A DNA stretch of 64,000 nucleotides from Parcubacteria bacterium C7867-001. GTDB lineage: Bacteria; Patescibacteriota; Minisyncoccia; Phycocordibacterales; Phycocordibacteraceae. A model generated the notes under the pieces. It did not search any database, had not been told where the DNA came from, and saw nothing but the letters and a program-made list of their open reading frames with translations. Every line of letters starts with the position of its first letter. Within the stretch, counting starts at the first letter, position 1. Position numbers and translations under genes: made by a program. The DNA is taken from positions 149,251 to 213,250 of the forward strand of contig LFCK01000001.1 of NCBI GenBank assembly GCA_001189095.1. Direction: 5' to 3'. Below are positions 57,972 to 64,000 of this stretch, piece after piece.

Positions 57972-58354
57972 CGATAAAGGAACGAACGAAGAAGGATAAA
58001 GCACGCGTACTGGAACACTTGAAAGCGATACCGATTATAGAGGTAGCGTGCAAGAAGGCGAACATTGCTCGCGCCACCTACTACCGCTGGCGTACTGAAG
58101 ACCCTGACTTCCTTAGGGACTCAGAAGACGCACTCGAAGAAGGTATCGCGCTCATTAATGATATGACCGAATCCCAGCTCATCGGTCTCATTAAGGAGAA
58201 GAAGTTCCAAGCGGTGCAATTCTGGCTTCGGCATAACCACCAGCGGTTCCTGCTCAAGGAGAAGGAACACTCGCTGTTGAAGCCCCGAAAGGATGTTGCA
58301 CTCTCACGAGACCAAGAGAAGTCACTCAAGAAAGCATTGGCTATGTACGCATAG
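57968..58354 (+). CDS. HTH protein, terminase-small-subunit-like
   Basis: ATGA overlap with the methyltransferase gene. ACKKANIARATYYRWR helix-turn-helix typical of phage terminase small subunits or transposase HTH domains. Confidence 0.5.
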   Translation: MTIKERTKKDKARVLEHLKAIPIIEVACKKANIARATYYRWRTEDPDFLRDSEDALEEGIALINDMTESQLIGLIKEKKFQAVQFWLRHNHQRFLLKEKEHSLLKPRKDVALSRDQEKSLKKALAMYA

Positions 58355-58375
58355 CTCTCTTTCAGAAGAACGCAT

Positions 58376-59434
58376 ATGAAAAAAGAAACCATACTCCAAA
58401 CCATCATCACTGACAGTGCCGTCAGACGAAGACTCGTGAAAGAATCACACGAGGCGTTTTGTAGTATCTATCTTTCGCACCACATCATGCACCCGTATGC
58501 GTTCTTCCATAAAGAGATGTTCCGCATGACTGAACGAGAAGACGAAAAGCTCTCTGTCGTTATGGCATTCCGTGGCTCAGGCAAATCAACGATTCTGAAC
58601 CTCTCCAATACCATCTGGTCTATCCTCGGTAAGCACCAGAAGAAGTTTGTGCTTATCGTGAGTAAATCAAAGCTTCAGTCTCAGGCGCACTTCCTCAACA
58701 TTAAGTCAGAGCTTGAAGACAACGAGCTACTCAAGCAAGACCTTGGTCCATTTCGGGCGAGTACCACGGAGTGGGGCGCATTCTCTATCGAGCTTCCACT
58801 CTATGGCGCGAAGATAATGTGTATCGGCTCGCTTCAGAATATCCGTGGACTGAAATACAAAAGCCAGCGCCCAGACCTAATCATCTGTGACGATATGGAA
58901 GATACACTCTCCGTGCAGGATGGTGAGACCAGATGGAATCTGTATGAATGGTTCTTGAATGAAGTGATGCCCATCGGAGACGAGAAGACACGAATCCTTG
59001 TGCTGGGAAATCTCGTTGGTAGAGTGTCCCTTATGATCCGACTCAAGAAGCTGATGATGCACGATAAATTGCAAGGCACGTACTACGCGTATCCGCTTCT
59101 TGATAACCACAACCGCATACTCTGGCCTCAACGGTATTCGATAGCCGAAGTGGAGAAACTACGTGATGCGCTCACTGATAAGGACGCACACAGAATGTAC
59201 CGACTCTTTGACCGAGACTATAAACTCAACATGTCCTGCGTACGAGATCCGCTTACCCCTATTCCATACGTATCTCATCCCGTCACCAATACCTCCACCA
59301 AGAAAGAAGACTTCCGCATAACCGCACCGCTCTGGGCGGTGGGCAATCGTGTCTTTGAGGACATGGAAAACATTGATGACCTCGACGGTTGGGACGAGGA
59401 GACGGTAGTGCCGAATGTGGGGCAGGAGTACTAA
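58376..59434 (+). CDS. P-loop ATPase, phage terminase large-subunit-like (apparently short or truncated)
   Basis: Walker A AFRGSGKST and Walker B-like DLIICDD about 100 aa later. 352 aa. No obvious nuclease domain. Confidence 0.5.
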   Translation: MKKETILQTIITDSAVRRRLVKESHEAFCSIYLSHHIMHPYAFFHKEMFRMTEREDEKLSVVMAFRGSGKSTILNLSNTIWSILGKHQKKFVLIVSKSKLQSQAHFLNIKSELEDNELLKQDLGPFRASTTEWGAFSIELPLYGAKIMCIGSLQNIRGLKYKSQRPDLIICDDMEDTLSVQDGETRWNLYEWFLNEVMPIGDEKTRILVLGNLVGRVSLMIRLKKLMMHDKLQGTYYAYPLLDNHNRILWPQRYSIAEVEKLRDALTDKDAHRMYRLFDRDYKLNMSCVRDPLTPIPYVSHPVTNTSTKKEDFRITAPLWAVGNRVFEDMENIDDLDGWDEETVVPNVGQEY

Positions 59435-59457
59435 TCATTGTCTGATAAAATACAGCA

Positions 59458-60195
59458 ATGGATTTTATCGTTATAGGGCTAGTAGCTTTCACTGCTTCCG
59501 CACTCACATTCTTTTCTGGTTTTGGATTAGGAACACTTCTCTTACCTGCATTCGCGATTTTCTTTTCAGCACCAATCGCTCTTACTGCAACTGGTATTGT
59601 TCACCTCCTGAACAATCTTTTTAAGGGAACGCTAGTACGAAAGAATGTTGATTGGCGCACGGTACTTCGCTTTGGACTACCTGCTGTCCCAGCTGCAATC
59701 TTGGGTGCATACCTGCTCACGTATTTAGATACTCGCATCGCAAGCATAGTCATTGGCGTGATACTTATTGCTTTTGCGGTCTTAGAATTCCAGCCGTGGT
59801 TTCAGCGACTGACATTCCCAAAGAAATATCTTTCGCTTGGTGGCGTAGCCACAGGATTTCTCGGTGGACTCTCGGGACAGCAGGGAGCACTACGTTCTAT
59901 GTTCCTACTGAAGTCAGATTTTGAAGCAGTGAAATACATTGCTACCGGAGTCTTCATTGCGATACTCATAGACCTTGCTCGGCTCCCAACTTATTTGCTC
60001 GGTCTAAAGAACGTTGCGTCTATAACCCAGCACGAGATTGCCCTTATCGAGTTTGGAACATTCTGTGCGTTTATCGGTGCATGGCTCGGAGCGAAGTACG
60101 TTAAGAAGACCACTATTGGTTTCATTCGATACATTGTTGCAGGACTAATGCTCTGTGTAGGTACCGCCCTTATCGTCGGACTGATCGGAGGTTAG
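59458..60195 (+). CDS. TauE/SafE (DUF81) family anion exporter membrane protein
   Basis: Two-fold repeated 4-TM architecture with Gly-rich motifs (FFSGFGLG ...GFLGGLSG). 245 aa. Confidence 0.7.
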   Translation: MDFIVIGLVAFTASALTFFSGFGLGTLLLPAFAIFFSAPIALTATGIVHLLNNLFKGTLVRKNVDWRTVLRFGLPAVPAAILGAYLLTYLDTRIASIVIGVILIAFAVLEFQPWFQRLTFPKKYLSLGGVATGFLGGLSGQQGALRSMFLLKSDFEAVKYIATGVFIAILIDLARLPTYLLGLKNVASITQHEIALIEFGTFCAFIGAWLGAKYVKKTTIGFIRYIVAGLMLCVGTALIVGLIGG

Positions 60196-60220
60196 GAACG
60201 GTACTTGTCTCGTATCTTCT

Positions 60221-60838
60221 TCATTTTCTCCTTATGTTTTTTAAGTCTTCCAGCATCTCTGCTTTTAACTTTCGTGACCACGCTTCAGCACGTTTCTTGT
60301 TATGCCTGTCGTACGATTTCCGACTTGCTGAGTATCGCTCAATTAGGGCAGGATTCTCTTTCTTCAAGAACAGGTACTCATAGGGAGTACCTGTTTCGTT
60401 CAAAATGATTCGAGGATGTAGCGTGCCCTCCTTTATATATTTCTTCGCAGTCTGATGTTTGATATCAAACCTGTATTTCAGACTCGACATTGAGAAGTAG
60501 CTATTTCGATGCAGGAAAATGTAGGTTGGTATCATTCCGTCTTTCACTGCCTTTCGGCAAAGAAGACAAGTCTGTCCGTACCAGTCATACCACCCGTTCG
60601 TCTCATCAATCCTGTTGCTACACACAAGACAGGTATATGTCCCGTCTACAGGGAAGCCGTCTGGTTCAGTCTTCAATCGCTTCTTTTTGATCGAGTCTTT
60701 CTTCGACATTTCCCATAAGAGGTCGAAGAAACCTACTAAATTCTGCGCACCCTCACGTGCGTCTTCGTCACTCATCTCCTCACCTTTCTTTCTAGATTCT
60801 TCCTTTAGTTGCTCTATAAGTTCATCGGATACTGCCAT
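60221..60838 (-). CDS. Hypothetical protein with CxxC...CxxC zinc-ribbon (205 aa)
   Basis: YTCLVCSNRIDETNGWYDWYGQTCLLCRKA. Lys-rich C-terminus. AT-rich. Confidence 0.45.
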   Translation of the reverse strand: MAVSDELIEQLKEESRKKGEEMSDEDAREGAQNLVGFFDLLWEMSKKDSIKKKRLKTEPDGFPVDGTYTCLVCSNRIDETNGWYDWYGQTCLLCRKAVKDGMIPTYIFLHRNSYFSMSSLKYRFDIKHQTAKKYIKEGTLHPRIILNETGTPYEYLFLKKENPALIERYSASRKSYDRHNKKRAEAWSRKLKAEMLEDLKNIRRK

Positions 60839-61075
60839 AGGTATCGTTGATTGGCTTGTAAGTGAGACACCGACTGATATCTCCCTTACAGTGTCTCATT
60901 TGTCTTTTTTCGTTAGAATACCCTTATTGTGCCTACGGGAGAGTAGACTGAGACGCATGGAAACGAGACAGTTTAATTCGCTCAGAAACCCTTACGGGGT
61001 CTCACTCGGGTAGGTTCGAGACTGAGTCAGTCAGCAAAATAAGCGCAGCATATTTTGCTGTGGAGAAGAACACGG

Positions 61076-61252
61076 AGTGATCGTCTAGGGATCGAACGCC
61101 GGAGCGATGTTTTGTCAGCAGACAAAACCGCGAGGCGGTGCCTAGTCCGAGCCGAGTGTCGACGAGGTGAGAGACGAAGGAGATATGGCGTATTCGCCGG
61201 CCCTAGTCTCCCAGCTTTTTTCGGAAACCGCCGATAGGGTGCCTTTGAAGCC
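61076..61252. pseudogene. Scrambled partial tRNA-Gln copies (candidate att-site remnants)
   Basis: 21-nt match to the tRNA-Gln anticodon-to-variable region (61232-61252). 15-nt match to its 3' end (61201-61215). 5'-like gtgatcgtctag and inverted T-loop ggatcgaac at 61080-61103. Confidence 0.55.
61110..61174 (+). repeat. Copy B of the ~65-nt conserved element (see 16911-16975)
   Basis: gttttgtcagcagacaaaaccgcgaggcgg...gagtgtcgacgag. Embedded between the tRNA-Gln fragments. Confidence 0.6.
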
Positions 61253-61307
61253 GTGAATCTAGCTGCATAAAAATAAAAGCGGGCGGAGCTATGCTCCGCC
61301 CGCGTTT

Positions 61308-61907
61308 TTATATGATTCGCTCCAGTGTCTGCACGTCTATGAGCGGCGTATTGCCCACCGAGTCGATGATTTCCAGAAGCACGTCCCATTTGAACAGTTC
61401 CGAACGAATGAAGAATGCTTGTACGCGACGCTCTCCGAGCGTTGTGTCGTCAGGAACGATGTCGTAACGATCTTTGTACGTATCTCGACGAACGTTTGCA
61501 GTATCGATGAGAACGTACATCCGATGCGGGTAGCCATGCTTCGCCGCGTTCCGATTTTTGAAGAAACCCTGCCAGTTGTCGCGAGGATCCGTGGAAATGG
61601 AATCGCCAAGAATGTTCGCTGGCACATGAACGTGGATTTCGCTTTGCGGTTCCCGCCAGTAGCCGCTGATAAAGCGACCCCCGAATTCGCCGAAACGTTC
61701 CTTGCGCGAGCGTACGCCCCTCGCAAGGTAGCTTTTGATGCTCCTGAGAATGTGCGCATCACTGCGATGCTTCTCAAGCCAGTCCATGTTTTTGATGACG
61801 GGATCCTCAACTGAGAGTCCCATGAATCCGGTGTCGAACGAACGAGGTCGTTCTATGCGGACCCGCTCGCGCAGTGCGGGCGGGTCCGCTAGTAGCACGT
61901 CAGTCAT
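61308..61907 (-). CDS. Hypothetical protein (~200 aa)
   Basis: Start taken at MTDVLLADPP. High-GC host-like composition. A+T-rich hairpin terminator on the other strand at 61270-61305. Confidence 0.45.
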   Translation of the reverse strand: MTDVLLADPPALRERVRIERPRSFDTGFMGLSVEDPVIKNMDWLEKHRSDAHILRSIKSYLARGVRSRKERFGEFGGRFISGYWREPQSEIHVHVPANILGDSISTDPRDNWQGFFKNRNAAKHGYPHRMYVLIDTANVRRDTYKDRYDIVPDDTTLGERRVQAFFIRSELFKWDVLLEIIDSVGNTPLIDVQTLERII

Positions 61908-61984
61908 GGTCGTACTCCTTTTGTCTGCGACAGACCATAGCACGGTGTAGACTCCCGAGGAAGCGAAACCTAGGAAAGGGTAGA

Positions 61985-62299
61985 ATGGTTATGAACACTA
62001 TGACCAAAAATCCTCTCATCAATGCGTTGGCAGGCCTCCTTTATATAGCGATTATCGCCTCGTTCCTCTTTTACGTTCCCGAACGACTTCAGATCGAAGA
62101 GACGGTACTTATTCCGATACTGATTCTTTCTATCTTCGTCTTTTCCGCAGCGATGATGGGCTACCTCTTCCTCTACGAACCACTCCGTCTTTTCCTCGAG
62201 GATAAGAAGAAAGAGTCCGTTTCGCTCTTCATGAAAACACTCCTCGCCTTTGCAGTAAGTACGGCGCTCCTCGTCGCGCTTGGCCTGTATCTCTCCTAA
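61985..62299 (+). CDS. Small membrane protein (~104 aa, 3 TM helices)
   Basis: Start at the internal ATG (MVMNTMTKNP...). The ORF-track frame begins upstream at 61874 without signals. Confidence 0.4.
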   Translation: MVMNTMTKNPLINALAGLLYIAIIASFLFYVPERLQIEETVLIPILILSIFVFSAAMMGYLFLYEPLRLFLEDKKKESVSLFMKTLLAFAVSTALLVALGLYLS

Positions 62300-62376
62300 G
62301 TAAGCGGTGCGCATATCCTTCGACTAGGGACCATGACCGCTATACTAGAGAGGTATAACTAACCCGTAGTGTAGCT

Positions 62377-62760
62377 ATGATTACGACTCTCGTTCTCGCT
62401 CAGATTTGGGGCCCCGTCCTTCTTGCCGTTGGAATCGGTATGTTCGTAAGTCGAGCGCAGTATCAAAAGGTGTATCGGGATATTGCCGAGGAGCCGCTTG
62501 CGGCGCTCACGTTTGGAGTCTTTGCTTCGGTGATCGGTATCATGCAGGTTCTTGCGTATAGTGTGTGGGATACCTTCATCGGGGCGATACTTACGCTCCT
62601 TGGTTGGGGAGCGCTTCTCAAAGGTCTCGTCTTTATCATGTTTCCAGCGTATGTTGCGAAAACTTCGCAGGCTTTTGCAAAGATAAAGGCAACCCCGCTT
62701 GCTGCGGCGCTGGTGACTGTGCTCGGTGCGTACCTCGCGTGGTACGGTTTTCTTGGTTAA
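62377..62760 (+). CDS. Small membrane protein (127 aa, 4 TM helices)
   Basis: Hydrophobic throughout. Hairpin terminator aaaaccggcgcactccgtgcgccggttttt at 62772-62801. Confidence 0.5.
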   Translation: MITTLVLAQIWGPVLLAVGIGMFVSRAQYQKVYRDIAEEPLAALTFGVFASVIGIMQVLAYSVWDTFIGAILTLLGWGALLKGLVFIMFPAYVAKTSQAFAKIKATPLAAALVTVLGAYLAWYGFLG

Positions 62761-62862
62761 TTAGCCCCTAAAAAACCGGCGCACTCCGTGCGCCGGTTTT
62801 TGTAAAATTCGCGCGGGGATGGTACCACAAGGAAGGAGACCAGAACTCACAGGAGAGTTGGT

Positions 62863-63573
62863 ATGCACCTTAAAGGCATCATTTACGATTTCGACGGTAC
62901 CTTGCTCGATTCGGGTAAGGAAAAAAGTCTGCCGCGACTTGAAAAAGTCATTCGCTCGTTCGGTTATTCGCTTGATGCGGATATGCACGAACGCATGAGT
63001 AGGGCGTGGGGCCAGTCCGGTGTTCCGTTTATTGCTGATATTCTCGGCGTAAACGAACGTACTGCGCGTGTCATCTACGATACGTGGGAAGGTATGGACG
63101 CGCACGAGCCCCATGACTTCATCGAATCAGCCATCGAGACGGTGGAATTCCTACACGCGAAGGGACTCGTTTCGTGTCTCGTCACGAGCCGCGCACGCGA
63201 GTCTCTAGTTGCCATTGCGGTTCGCGCGCCCATCTTCGATGAGTTCGCTTGCATTACCAGTGCAGACGACACTCCTCATCACAAGCCAGACCCGCGCGCG
63301 TTTAATGCAGCGTTCCTCGCGCTTAAGCGGCGCGGCGTCGAACGGCACGAGACGATTCTCGTGGGCGACACGGCGCAGGATATCCGCGCCGGCAGTGCTG
63401 CCGGACTACGTACGGTGGTCGTTGAGACAGGGCCGTATCGTGATGGGCAGCAGGAGGAGCATCCTGTTCCTGAGCACGATGTCATCCCTTCTGTGGCACA
63501 TTTGCCGCGTTGGATAGGAATGCACTGCAGATCACCAATCTTGTCAGAAAAAGAGGTTGCTAATGTCACATGA
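62863..63573 (+). CDS. HAD-superfamily phosphatase (phosphoglycolate-phosphatase-like)
   Basis: Motif I IYDFDGTLLDS, motif II VTS, motif IV LVGDTAQDIRAG. Confidence 0.8.
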   Translation: MHLKGIIYDFDGTLLDSGKEKSLPRLEKVIRSFGYSLDADMHERMSRAWGQSGVPFIADILGVNERTARVIYDTWEGMDAHEPHDFIESAIETVEFLHAKGLVSCLVTSRARESLVAIAVRAPIFDEFACITSADDTPHHKPDPRAFNAAFLALKRRGVERHETILVGDTAQDIRAGSAAGLRTVVVETGPYRDGQQEEHPVPEHDVIPSVAHLPRWIGMHCRSPILSEKEVANVT

Positions 63574-63922
63574 TCACCAGCACGACTCGGATTCATATTT
63601 TCCGGGCTCGGTGTACGAAGTCATCGTTCGAACGAAAGGAGGCTTCCTCTTGCGTTCAACGCCTTTGCTTGGAGAAGAGGTTGGTGGTTTTATTGACCTC
63701 CTCAAAAGCGAGCATTGGGAGTATTTGGGATTCCAAGTCCTTCCAACTCAAGCGGCAAAAGAGCTTCTCGAAAGAGATGCAGAACACTTGCGTACGCAGG
63801 CCGACGAGCTCGAGAAGTTCTTGGTAAAGCACCATCGAGGCTTTCAGAACAGCGTGGAAGGGATGCGAGATCGCGCCGACAATCTTGAGCGGCGCGCAAC
63901 GTTCCTTACGAGTCTCAAATGA
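63557..63922 (+). CDS. Hypothetical protein (121 aa)
   Basis: Overlaps the HAD gene's 3' end. Terminator-like hairpin aagctcccgaagcaattcgggagctc at 63925-63955. Confidence 0.4.
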   Translation: MLMSHDHQHDSDSYFPGSVYEVIVRTKGGFLLRSTPLLGEEVGGFIDLLKSEHWEYLGFQVLPTQAAKELLERDAEHLRTQADELEKFLVKHHRGFQNSVEGMRDRADNLERRATFLTSLK

Positions 63923-64000
63923 GCAAGCTCCCGAAGCAATTCGGGAGCTCTTTTTTTAGAAAACGCCAGAATTTTAGTAAAAAGTTGATTTTCTATCCTA

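Larger units (their letters stand above)
45132..61252. mobile_element. ~16 kb low-GC genomic island / degraded integrated element at tRNA-Gln
   Basis: GC drops from ~57% to ~40% exactly at the tRNA-Gln 3' end. Partial, scrambled tRNA-Gln copies at 61076-61252. Contains a large serine recombinase, a ParB-methyltransferase fusion, and terminase small/large-like genes. Confidence 0.5.

Noticed and set aside
45132-61252. Tyrosine-integrase-mediated tRNA integration
   Set aside because: No tyrosine recombinase (R..H..R..Y) gene is present in or next to the island. The only recombinase is serine-type, so the tRNA-Gln fragment pattern is attributed to past events and decay rather than to the resident recombinase.
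1-64000. CRISPR arrays, reverse transcriptases (retron/DGR), rRNA genes
   Set aside because: No regularly spaced direct repeats with unique spacers were seen. No YxDD-motif RT ORF. No rRNA-like conserved stretches.

Overview
This 64 kb window comes from a compact, gene-dense bacterial chromosome of moderately high GC (roughly 55%). Two features suggest a Candidate Phyla Radiation / Patescibacteria-like organism, though this is inference only: (1) a tandem array of small two-helix membrane proteins resembling the T4SS (TrbC/VirB2-like) pilin family, and (2) minimal versions of IF-2 (no N-terminal extension) and DnaX (342 aa). Housekeeping genes I could recognise from the translations are lepB (partial), pth, rpsA, gyrA, rbfA, infB, clpB, rpmG, miaA, parB, topA, dprA, serS and dnaX. 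Also recognisable are a cysteine desulfurase, a RelA/SpoT enzyme, an FtsQ-like protein, a tRNA-dihydrouridine synthase, a peroxiredoxin, a PRTase and a DapB-like protein. I hand-folded eight tRNAs from the sequence: Leu-TAA, Lys-CTT, Leu-TAG, Cys-GCA, Trp-CCA, Leu-CAA and Gln-TTG, plus one degraded Gln copy. Three regions look accessory. (i) A ~16 kb low-GC island (about 45.1-61.3 kb) begins exactly at the 3' end of tRNA-Gln and ends at scrambled tRNA-Gln fragments. It carries a large serine recombinase, a ParB-DNA methyltransferase fusion, terminase-like small and large subunit genes, a Dsb (DsbB + 2x DsbA) cluster, a CDF transporter, a LysM-M23 peptidase and a translationally coupled 202-aa + 980-aa pair of unknown function. 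(ii) A high-GC block (38.9-41.8 kb) holds a YgiB/YgiC-like operon and an RCK-gated K+ channel. (iii) A ~700 bp gene-free region after gyrA has a near-consensus sigma70 promoter and is a candidate structured RNA that I could not assign to a family. No CRISPR array, reverse transcriptase or tyrosine integrase was seen. All calls rest on reading the supplied translations and sequence by eye; no searches were run.
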